A stretch of DNA of 64,000 nt. Origin: Dehalococcoidia bacterium. GTDB lineage: Bacteria > Chloroflexota > Dehalococcoidia > Bin125. The translations under genes and the position numbers were made by a program. Below the pieces are notes generated by a model that saw only the letters and a list, made by a program, of their open reading frames with translations, ran no database searches and was not told the origin of the DNA. Positions within the stretch are counted from its first letter, which is position 1. Each line of letters opens with the position of its first letter. The stretch lies in NCBI GenBank assembly GCA_965215375.1, contig CBDCDO010000001.1, positions 146,736-210,735 on the forward strand, written 5' to 3'. Positions 37,263 to 45,539 of this stretch are shown here, piece after piece.

Positions 37263-37622
37263 TTAGTGGCGGGGGCCTCGGCGATTGGGGTTTGGTTCAG
37301 AGTCGATCACGTCTCGCGAGGTTGCGGTCTCGGCGATGACGGGCTCGTAGAGACCGAGCTGTGGCGGTCCTTCAAGAACTCCTGCCACCGTGCCCTGCGC
37401 GTGGCCTCGACGGAATGCCTCGGACTGCGTCCAGGCATGGAACGCATCGGCGTCCTCCCAGGCCGAGTAGGAGATGTAGTCGCCCGGCTCGGCGCCTCGG
37501 AGCAGCATGAACTGGACGAATCCTGGTACCTCCTGCAGATAGGTTTCGCGTTCTTTCCAGATCGTTTCCCACTCTGCTTCCCGCTCGACATTGACCTTGA
37601 AGCGGTTCATGGCGAGATACAT
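37263..37622 (-). CDS. antibiotic-biosynthesis-monooxygenase (ABM/Dabb) fold protein
   Basis: MYLAMNRFKV...GFVQFMLLRG...YISYSAWEDADAFHAWTQSEAF. Start chosen at ATG 37622. Confidence 0.7.
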   Translation of the reverse strand: MYLAMNRFKVNVEREAEWETIWKERETYLQEVPGFVQFMLLRGAEPGDYISYSAWEDADAFHAWTQSEAFRRGHAQGTVAGVLEGPPQLGLYEPVIAETATSRDVIDSEPNPNRRGPRH

Positions 37623-37690
37623 GTTGTCGTCCCTACATTCTGATTGGATTGGATGTCGCGCCGTGCGATTCAGACATATGCTGAGTTTAG

Positions 37691-38260
37691 ATGACAAGAC
37701 GAGCCCTCTCCCTGAGATTTCTGTTCGCTGTGCTCGTGTTGGCAGGTTTGCTGAGCGCGTGTACGCCACCCTTCGAAGACGACATTGAGCAGGCCCAGAT
37801 CGATGCCGCGCGAGCCGAGGAGGCTGCGCAGCGGGCGCAAGTCATCGCTGCGCTCGAGCCGCTGGATCCGCTCCGATATCACCACCTCGACCCGATTGTC
37901 AGAGACGAGCAGCGCATCCCGGCCGACGCAGTGATCTGGGCGACGCGAGCTCGTGAGGTGCTTGGCTGGGTGAGCTGGCCGCTGGAGCTGGAAGCGCATG
38001 TCGCGCAGTACTCCGAGTGGCTTGATGCACTCTTGGCAGCCTTCCGAGATGATGATGCCGAGGCAGCGTCGGAGCCATCGAAGATTGTCCACGCGCTGGC
38101 GCATACGTTTGAGTCGACACTGGAAGCATGGCTGGACAATGAGTCGCTGCCGGCAGTGCCGCCCTTGGCGGGGCTCGAGCCACCGTCGCATGATGAGCAC
38201 GACCAGCACGAGGGCATGAGCGAAGATCAGATGCAGGATGAGCACTCCGCGCACGAATAG
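37691..38260 (+). CDS. lipoprotein with His/Asp/Glu/Met-rich tail (possible metal binding)
   Basis: Lipobox LLSAC after a signal peptide. C-terminal PPSHDEHDQHEGMSEDQMQDEHSAHE. Confidence 0.55.
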   Translation: MTRRALSLRFLFAVLVLAGLLSACTPPFEDDIEQAQIDAARAEEAAQRAQVIAALEPLDPLRYHHLDPIVRDEQRIPADAVIWATRAREVLGWVSWPLELEAHVAQYSEWLDALLAAFRDDDAEAASEPSKIVHALAHTFESTLEAWLDNESLPAVPPLAGLEPPSHDEHDQHEGMSEDQMQDEHSAHE

Positions 38261-38921
38261 GTTGTGGCACTGCCTCATCATTGTGAGCGTGACGTCAGCA
38301 GTGTGGCTGAGCGGATGGCTGGATGCGCCATCAGCATCGGCGCACGCGGCGTATGCGTCGTCGGCGCCTGAGTTCGGTGAGGTGCTTGCGGAATCGCCCA
38401 CAACGATTCAGATTCGCTTTTCGCAGGAGCTGTTTCGTCGAGATGGGGCGAACGAAATCGCCCTCTGGCACGTTGATTCTGAGTCCGCGATTCCGCTGGG
38501 TGCGCTGACCATTCGCAACGAGGATCGTCGGGAGATGTCGGTCGAGGTTGCCGACCAATTGGCTGCGGGACGATATCTGGTGTCGTGGACCAATCTCTCG
38601 GCCGAGGACGGCGACGAGGACATGGGATCGTATCCGTTCTACGTGGAGCGCGAGCCGTCGTCGGCGGAGCGGGATGAGGATCGCGAGATGGCATCGGAGT
38701 TGCTCATTGCGTATCCCGGCGACGAACCAGTGTCAGAGGCCGATGATGAAACAACGCCACTCGCGCCGACCGTGGTTCGCACCGATCGTGGCGACACAGC
38801 AACGCTCAGCGTGGGGCCGATTCTCTGGCTCGCAGTGGGGTTGGTGGCCGCGCTTGGATTGGTCGGTGCGATGGGGTATTCGGTCGGCGCGCGAAGGCAG
38901 GAAGTGGATCGGGAGCGATGA
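38238..38921 (+). CDS. copC: CopC-domain copper-binding protein with C-terminal membrane anchor
   Basis: The signal peptide ends ASA-HAAY, giving a mature N-terminal His. YLVSWTNLSAEDGDEDMGSYPF is CopC-like. The start could instead be TTG 38262. Confidence 0.75.
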   Translation: MSTPRTNRLWHCLIIVSVTSAVWLSGWLDAPSASAHAAYASSAPEFGEVLAESPTTIQIRFSQELFRRDGANEIALWHVDSESAIPLGALTIRNEDRREMSVEVADQLAAGRYLVSWTNLSAEDGDEDMGSYPFYVEREPSSAERDEDREMASELLIAYPGDEPVSEADDETTPLAPTVVRTDRGDTATLSVGPILWLAVGLVAALGLVGAMGYSVGARRQEVDRER

Positions 38922-39946
38922 TGCGAGACGTCCTGGTCCGCGTTGCTCCGACGTTTCTGCTGCTCGCTTCGCTGTTGGCGGTCTCCTGCGGCGGTGGATC
39001 GGACGAGGAGAATCGTCGGATTCCCGCTCCGGGGATGTTCGTCTACACGCAAGGGGTCGATCTGTGGATTCAGGATTCGGACGGCGGCCGGTTGCTGATC
39101 GCAGCAGGTCAGGACCAGCAGCTCCTGCAACCGTCGATCTCGCCCGACGGCACGCGCGTGGCCTATGTGGTCTTTCAACAGACACCAGCAGATGACAAGA
39201 CGATCGGGACTGATCTCGCGGTCTCCACACTGGCCGATCCGGAACTGGAGATCGTGGTTCGGCACACCAAACAGGCAGAGTTCGTCTGGACGCCGCGGTG
39301 GTCGCCCGACGGTGAGTCGCTGATCTTCACGCATGAGCCTGGCGAGCTGGCGATCCGTGTGGTGCGGCTCCACCTGTCGAGTGGTGAGGTGGAGATCCTG
39401 CGCGAGGACGCGCGCGATGCTGACATTTCCGCGGATGGGTCGGAGATTGTGTTTGTCAGTGATCCGTACAGCGGCGATCCGCATTTGGTGGTGAGGACGC
39501 TGTCTGACGGAACAGAGACGGTTCTTGATCCAAAACGAGAGTGGCAGCCTCGGCCGTTTCGGATTCCCCGATTCGCGCTCGATGGCGATGCGGTGATCTT
39601 CTCGGCGGGACAGTATCTGCCGCAGGCGTCGAGTCGAGTGATGGGACGGAACGGCCCAGAGGACATCTGGCGCTACGACCGCGCGACGGGAACACTGATT
39701 CAGTTGGCCGCAGTCGGGGAGGATCAGCCGGACTTCGCCCTCTCGGATGACGGTCGGCACGTGCTGGTTCTGGGCGCGTTTGGTGTGTATCTCGTTGGAG
39801 TGCCGCCGACCGACCCACCGTTCGCGATCGCGCCAGGAGAGTTTCACGGCGGGATCGACTGGGTCGGCAGCGTGAGCGAGTCGGAGTGGGCGGAGATCAA
39901 GTCGTCCGTGATCGACAGCCTCGACACGTCGTACACGTCGCCGTGA
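38918..39946 (+). CDS. lipoprotein with TolB-like (PD40) beta-propeller repeats
   Basis: Lipobox LLAVSC. Repeated SPDGTRVAY / SPDGESLIF / SADGSEIVF / SDDGRHVL motifs. Confidence 0.6.
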   Translation: MMRDVLVRVAPTFLLLASLLAVSCGGGSDEENRRIPAPGMFVYTQGVDLWIQDSDGGRLLIAAGQDQQLLQPSISPDGTRVAYVVFQQTPADDKTIGTDLAVSTLADPELEIVVRHTKQAEFVWTPRWSPDGESLIFTHEPGELAIRVVRLHLSSGEVEILREDARDADISADGSEIVFVSDPYSGDPHLVVRTLSDGTETVLDPKREWQPRPFRIPRFALDGDAVIFSAGQYLPQASSRVMGRNGPEDIWRYDRATGTLIQLAAVGEDQPDFALSDDGRHVLVLGAFGVYLVGVPPTDPPFAIAPGEFHGGIDWVGSVSESEWAEIKSSVIDSLDTSYTSP

Positions 39947-39951
39947 TCGCC

Positions 39952-42192
39952 ATGAACAGGTTGCTAGTTGGTGGCGCCTCCCTCCTGATTGCGGGTGTGG
40001 TGTTGCTGGTCGCGCTCTGGCCGAGCGATGCCGCGGCACACGCTCTGTTGGCCCGATCGGACCCTCCGATCAACGCCTCGCTGCGCGAGTCGCCGACGCG
40101 GATCACCTTGTTCATGACCGAGCAGCTACAGCGCGGGCATAGCTCGGTGCAGGTGCTGGACAGCGCGGGACAACGGCGCGACATCGGCGAGACCGAGTTC
40201 TCGGACGACGTGCCGACACAGATGAGCGTCCGCGTGTTGCAGCTCGAGTCCGGTGTCTACACCGTCGTTTGGGAGACGCTGTCGGAGGTTGACGGTCATA
40301 CGTGGACAGGCTCGTACGTGTTCTCGGTCTTGAACCCCGATGGTTCTGCACCGGCCGGTAGCGGAATCGAGATTGAACTGGACCGTCCGGGTCCGCCGGT
40401 CGCGCTTGATGCGGCGATCAAGGCGCTCGGGCTTGGTGCCTTGGTGTTGTTTGTCGGCACGGTGATGATCTCGTGGCTGCTGCGACCGATTGCAGGTGGG
40501 CTCTCAGGGTTGAATCCGGTCCCAATTCTGTTGCCGCTGATCGCGGCAAGCGTGGTTGTTGGCATCGGGACGACTGCGTATGAGGCGATTGCCGCGGCGC
40601 TCCGACTTGGGGATGTCGGATACCTCGGCGACATCCTGTTCGACACGCGAAACGGTCTGTGGTTGCAACAGCGCTGGTACGCGTTGATCATCGCAGCCGC
40701 GGCGATCTGCGCACTGATTTGGCGTGCCGAGTGGGCGTCTCGTCGAGCGGTACTGACGGTCTGCTCGGTGTTGGCGGTCGTGTGGTTGGCTTCAGCCTCG
40801 GCGATCTCGCATGGCGCGGCGATCGGGTCTGGTTGGATTTGGGGCACATTGTTCGACGCGCTGCATCTGTCGGCGGTCGCATTATGGATCGGTGGACTGG
40901 TCGGTCTGATCGCTTGGATCAGAGCGTCGCGAGTCGGCTCAGCGTTCCGACTCGAGGCGGTGCGTCGATTTTCCGTGATCGCTGCCCTGTCGGTGCCGAT
41001 ATTGGCAGCCGCGGGACTGCTCTCGGCGCTGATTCAGATTCCCAACGCGAGCGGCATTATCGAGACCGACTGGGGCATCGCGTTTCTGATCAAGATCGTG
41101 CTCATGGTCGGGCTGTTCCTGACGGCGGGAGCGAATGCGTTCTTGCTACGACCTCGCGACGCCGCGACCGAAGGCCGCGATGAGGCGTTGGTGGCGCGGT
41201 TCGATCGGCTAATGCGCGTCGAGGCGGCGCTCGGTCTGGTGGTGATTTTGGTGTCAGCGGTGCTGACACAGTTGCCCTCGCCGGCGAGCGCGCAACCTGA
41301 GGTCGAGCAAAAGGACAACACCGTCGTCGAGTCGGTGGTCCGCGGCGAGATCGTCGCGTCGCTTGAGATCTCGCCAAACTTGGTCGGATTCAACACGTGG
41401 ATCGCAACGATCGATGGCGCAGAGATGAATCCCGTCGAGGCGCTGCTCTTCCGATTCCGCTACGCCGATCCGAGCGTCGGGCCGGTCACCGTCGCGGCGA
41501 CCTCGATCGGTGCCAATCAGTTTGAGTTGGAGGGCGCCTACTTCGGCCTACCTGGCGAGTGGACGGTGGAGATGGAGCTCCGTCGAGCGTCGGGCGACGA
41601 TCTGATCGCTCCAGTTCGGACGGAGGTGGAATCGGGCTATCAGGCATCGCCGTTTGCCGTCGACAGCGGCGGAGCGCTGGGATTGCCATTGACGCAGATG
41701 GACTGGAACGGCGTCGGCGCGCTCTGGGCGTTCGTGTTGGCCGGACTGGCGTGGATCAATCGCCCCAGAATCCGAGACAAGTGGGGACCACGCGGCAGCG
41801 ACATTGCATTCGTGTCGGGGGTCCTGGGACTGATCGTGGCAGTCGTTCTGTTGACTGGTTTACATGTCGAGCCGGGTCGGACGCTGGCCAATCCGGTCGA
41901 GCGGTCGGCGCAGTCGGTTGAGCGTGGATCGGGGCTGTTCGCGATGCACTGCGCCGCTTGCCACGGCGATACCGGCGCGGGCGACGGTCCGCTCGCCGAC
42001 TCGTTACCTGCTCCGCCCGCAAATTTCACGGTGCACGTGCCGTTTCATCCCGATGGTGTGCTCTACGCATGGATTAGCGACGGTATTCGGGGCACCGGGA
42101 TGCCAGCATGGTCGCCTCAATTGTCGGATCAGGAGCGTTGGGACCTGGTCAACTTCTTGCGCGCCAATTTCGACCTGTCGCCTGCACGATGA
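39952..42192 (+). CDS. CopC-CopD fusion protein with C-terminal c-type cytochrome domain
   Basis: Signal peptide plus AAAHALLARSDPP (CopC). Multi-TM CopD-like core. C-terminal CAACHGD heme-binding motif with a downstream MPAW. Confidence 0.8.
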   Translation: MNRLLVGGASLLIAGVVLLVALWPSDAAAHALLARSDPPINASLRESPTRITLFMTEQLQRGHSSVQVLDSAGQRRDIGETEFSDDVPTQMSVRVLQLESGVYTVVWETLSEVDGHTWTGSYVFSVLNPDGSAPAGSGIEIELDRPGPPVALDAAIKALGLGALVLFVGTVMISWLLRPIAGGLSGLNPVPILLPLIAASVVVGIGTTAYEAIAAALRLGDVGYLGDILFDTRNGLWLQQRWYALIIAAAAICALIWRAEWASRRAVLTVCSVLAVVWLASASAISHGAAIGSGWIWGTLFDALHLSAVALWIGGLVGLIAWIRASRVGSAFRLEAVRRFSVIAALSVPILAAAGLLSALIQIPNASGIIETDWGIAFLIKIVLMVGLFLTAGANAFLLRPRDAATEGRDEALVARFDRLMRVEAALGLVVILVSAVLTQLPSPASAQPEVEQKDNTVVESVVRGEIVASLEISPNLVGFNTWIATIDGAEMNPVEALLFRFRYADPSVGPVTVAATSIGANQFELEGAYFGLPGEWTVEMELRRASGDDLIAPVRTEVESGYQASPFAVDSGGALGLPLTQMDWNGVGALWAFVLAGLAWINRPRIRDKWGPRGSDIAFVSGVLGLIVAVVLLTGLHVEPGRTLANPVERSAQSVERGSGLFAMHCAACHGDTGAGDGPLADSLPAPPANFTVHVPFHPDGVLYAWISDGIRGTGMPAWSPQLSDQERWDLVNFLRANFDLSPAR

Positions 42193-42277
42193 TCCGTGCG
42201 TAGCTGGTAGGATAGTTCGGAATACAGTGTGCGACTTCCGAACCTCGGTGGGAGTCGTTGCGAGATTGGAATCCACC

Positions 42278-43312
42278 ATGGTGACCGCGATTGAGAACCC
42301 GGGTTTGAACCTTGACTGGTTGAACTTGGAAACCGATGAGGAGTTCGACGTCCAGGCGGGTCGCAAAGGCGTGACGCTGCAGTCGATCAATCAGCGCATG
42401 GCTGGTGTCGACGGCGTCGACGCGGCGGATGCGCGATCGTTCGCACCCCGCGGCATCGAAGCGGATCCGCGCTCGAACGCACACGCGCGACAGTACCGCG
42501 ACAAGGGCGATGTGTGGTCTGAGTCGGCGATGCTGCTCTACGAAGAGGCGCTGCAGCGGCAGTGGTCATCGGCGCGCGACATTCCCTGGGACACCATTGG
42601 CGACCAGCCGGACGACATCGAGAAGGCGATGTGCACGCTGTGCACCTTCCTCACTCAGGTTGAATTCATCGCTGGCGACGTTCCGGGCCGCTTCCTCGAG
42701 TCAGTCCACCCTGACTTCTTCGAGTCGCAGCTATTCCTCGGCACCCAGCTCATGGACGAGGCGCGACACCTCGACGTCTTCCGCAAGCGCGTGCTCGTCA
42801 ACGGTGGTGGGATGTCTCCCGCTGGACTCGGGGCGGTTGGCCTGCTCGCAATCGATGACTTCACGGAGATGACCGCGATCCTGCACCTCTTCGCAGAGGG
42901 TCTGGTGCAGTCGCTGTTCCGCATGGGCGAGTTGATCGGTCAGAACGAAGCTGAGAAGCGGATGTTCCGACTGTCCGCGCAGGATGAGTCTCGACACCTG
43001 GCGTTCGGTGTTACGCACACCAAGTACACGGTCGAGACGCAGCCCTGGCGCAAGGAAGAGCTGCACCACTACCTCGACATCAACGAGACCGTGCAGAACA
43101 CGCAGGCCGGTCTGACGACCAACCCGATCACGGGTGAGGCGCTGGCCGTGCTCGCCGGTGGTGGAATCGAATACCTCGACGATGGCTACAACTTGGTCAT
43201 GCTGATGCGCAAGAAGCAGATCAACGAGTACTACCACCGCTTGCAGGTCGTGGGGCTGGGCGATCGGATTGATCGCATGGCGCCCGAGATGCGCGAGCTG
43301 ATCACCCTGTAA
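42278..43312 (+). CDS. ferritin-like di-iron carboxylate protein (complete ligand set)
   Basis: Ligand pattern E (LTQVEF), ExxH (MDEARH), E (LFAEGL), ExxH (QDESRH). Start chosen at ATG 42278 because the longer ORF overlaps the preceding gene. Confidence 0.6.
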   Translation: MVTAIENPGLNLDWLNLETDEEFDVQAGRKGVTLQSINQRMAGVDGVDAADARSFAPRGIEADPRSNAHARQYRDKGDVWSESAMLLYEEALQRQWSSARDIPWDTIGDQPDDIEKAMCTLCTFLTQVEFIAGDVPGRFLESVHPDFFESQLFLGTQLMDEARHLDVFRKRVLVNGGGMSPAGLGAVGLLAIDDFTEMTAILHLFAEGLVQSLFRMGELIGQNEAEKRMFRLSAQDESRHLAFGVTHTKYTVETQPWRKEELHHYLDINETVQNTQAGLTTNPITGEALAVLAGGGIEYLDDGYNLVMLMRKKQINEYYHRLQVVGLGDRIDRMAPEMRELITL

Positions 43313-43383
43313 CGCAGTCACCGGACGTCCACCGTTCGATACTGGGCGCGAGTTTTCTGAGGATCATCAGAGGAGAGTGAGCC

Positions 43384-44661
43384 ATGCCGCCACTGTCATC
43401 GGCGCAGCGGATGCGGGCGCAAGTCCGCGGTTGGCCAACGGAACTGATCGAACGAGCGGAAGCATCACCGACGAGCGGTCGACAGATCGACAACGTGCTC
43501 AACATTTCGATTGAGCCCGATCGGATCGCCAAGTGGCTCGACTTCGTCGAGTCGCAGCCGGAGCACCCGTTCGCGAATGCACAGTTCATCATGTTCGAGG
43601 ACGGTGGCGAGACCGGGCTCAAGCCGACGCCGTCTGAGGACGGAATGCGGCTGACCGATGTCGACATTGGGTCGTACGGTCACGTGCCCGACGTCTGGAA
43701 GTACCGCAACGACCTCCCACGTGGGACGCGACCGGTCGCGGGGCTGTACATGCCCGCGGGATACGCCATCTACGACCGCACCGAGGTCTGGGCCGAAGGT
43801 GTGGGCGACCTCTACGAAGACGCCATTCGTGATCGTTGGGTGCCCGCGACCGACCTCGATTGGGAAGGTCGCGAGGAGCTCTCGCCAGAGGTGGAGCGAG
43901 CCACAGGTCAGCTGTGCGCAATCTACTCAACCTATGGAATCGCCGAGCAGAAGGTGATTTCGAAGTGGCTCGAGGATATCTCGTACGGATTCCACGAGGT
44001 CAAACTCTTCCTCGCGACGCAGGTCTATGACGCCGGTCGCAAGGTGGAAGCGCTGCGCAAGCGCGCGTTGCATGGCTCCGGGATCATCGGCAAGGCACCG
44101 CTCTCTGATGTCAGCGAGTCCTGGTACAACGCCCTGACGTTCACCGACATGATGGTGGCGCTCAATGTGGTCTACAAGTCGTATGAGGTGACCGCGTTTG
44201 AGTGTGCGGCCGACTGGGCGCGTTCGGACTTCGACCGCGATCTCTTCGCGCGTCTGGCGGGGGACAGTCATCGCCACCTTGAGTACGGACTCAAGCATCT
44301 CGATTGGTACATGCGCTATGGCGAGCGAGCCGAGGAAGAGATGGGAATCTTCCTGGCCAAGGCCGAGGGCGGCCTGGCGTCGGAGATGGCCCAGTCGCCG
44401 CTCGAGCGTGAGGCGCTCGCGGTCCTCTACGCGGATGGCATTGAGCGTCTCGACACGGGTGTCGAAGGTCTGCGCCAGCTCCGCGAGAAGCAGTATCACG
44501 ACTACCTCCACCGGTTGGCCGAACACGGGGTCAACCGGATTGGTGAGGCGATCGGGATTCTTGGTCTCGCCACGCAGGACCCGCTGTTGCAGGCGCTGAA
44601 CCCTGAGGCATTGGTCGAGGGTCAGGCCGCCGGCGGCAGCGATATGATTCGCGACAACTAG
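43384..44661 (+). CDS. ferritin-like paralog with degenerate metal ligands
   Basis: Collinear with 42278..43312, but the equivalent sites read IAEQ, YDAGRK, SYEV and GDSHRH, so three of the six ligands are lost. Confidence 0.55.
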   Translation: MPPLSSAQRMRAQVRGWPTELIERAEASPTSGRQIDNVLNISIEPDRIAKWLDFVESQPEHPFANAQFIMFEDGGETGLKPTPSEDGMRLTDVDIGSYGHVPDVWKYRNDLPRGTRPVAGLYMPAGYAIYDRTEVWAEGVGDLYEDAIRDRWVPATDLDWEGREELSPEVERATGQLCAIYSTYGIAEQKVISKWLEDISYGFHEVKLFLATQVYDAGRKVEALRKRALHGSGIIGKAPLSDVSESWYNALTFTDMMVALNVVYKSYEVTAFECAADWARSDFDRDLFARLAGDSHRHLEYGLKHLDWYMRYGERAEEEMGIFLAKAEGGLASEMAQSPLEREALAVLYADGIERLDTGVEGLRQLREKQYHDYLHRLAEHGVNRIGEAIGILGLATQDPLLQALNPEALVEGQAAGGSDMIRDN

Positions 44662-44692
44662 ACGCCACATCGAGCGCACAGGTCAAACGTCA

Positions 44693-45505
44693 GTGGCAAC
44701 GCCTGTGTCCGAGTCAGCGACTGAGATCGATATCAACTACACCGTCGGCGGTCCCGATTCGGGGCCGCCGGTGTTGTTTGTGCACGGAATCCTCACTTGC
44801 GAGGCGCACTGGCAGCTCAACCTTCCGGCGTTTCACGAGGCAGGTTTTCGCACGGTCACCGTGGAGTTGCTGGGGCATGGAGCCTCGCCCGCTCCGGAGG
44901 ACGAGGCTGCCTATCATCCCGACCGCTACGCGGACCGCTTCTCGGCGCTCCGAGAGTTGGTTGGTGCGGAGCGTTGGTTTGTCGTTGGGCAGTCGCTCGG
45001 TGCCGCGTTGACACTGAACTACGCAATGTCTCGGCCCGACGAAGTGAACGCCCATGTGGTCACGAACTCGCACTCGGCATTCGGCGATCCCATCCGCATC
45101 GGGAATCCTGAGGCCGCGCAGGAGCGAGCGCAGATGATGATCGACGGCGGAATCGATGCCGTGATGCGACATCCGCTGAACCCTCGGCGAGCGCGAGCGT
45201 TTGATGCGTCGCACCGAGCAGTGTTTGATGACGCCATGCTGCTCAGTACGCCAGCAGGAATCGCTCGGACGATGCTGCACACGTCGCCGTTCACTCCGCT
45301 CAGAGATCGGCTGCCGTCCAATCCGGTTTCGACCTTGCTGATCGCTGGCGATCGCGAGGAAGGGTTCACTGCCGCTCGAGAGTGGGTGGAGGAGCACGCG
45401 GCAAATTTCCGCGTCGAGCGCGTTTCCGCTTCGCACGCGGTGAATATCAGCGCGGCGGAGGATTTCAATAGAATCGCGTTAGAGTACTTGACAGGTTATC
45501 TCTAG
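44693..45505 (+). CDS. alpha/beta hydrolase
   Basis: HGIL oxyanion region, GQSLG nucleophile elbow and a C-terminal His. Confidence 0.8.
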   Translation: MATPVSESATEIDINYTVGGPDSGPPVLFVHGILTCEAHWQLNLPAFHEAGFRTVTVELLGHGASPAPEDEAAYHPDRYADRFSALRELVGAERWFVVGQSLGAALTLNYAMSRPDEVNAHVVTNSHSAFGDPIRIGNPEAAQERAQMMIDGGIDAVMRHPLNPRRARAFDASHRAVFDDAMLLSTPAGIARTMLHTSPFTPLRDRLPSNPVSTLLIAGDREEGFTAAREWVEEHAANFRVERVSASHAVNISAAEDFNRIALEYLTGYL

Positions 45506-45539
45506 AGCCAACAAGGCTGTATCAAGTCGAAGGTGAACA

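Noticed and set aside
41864-42277. N-terminal 138-codon extension of the ferritin-like ORF (482 aa in the ORF track).
   Set aside because: It overlaps the cytochrome c domain of the CopC-CopD fusion in another frame and is Arg/Ser/Cys-rich. The ATG at 42278 lies just downstream of the copD-fusion stop.
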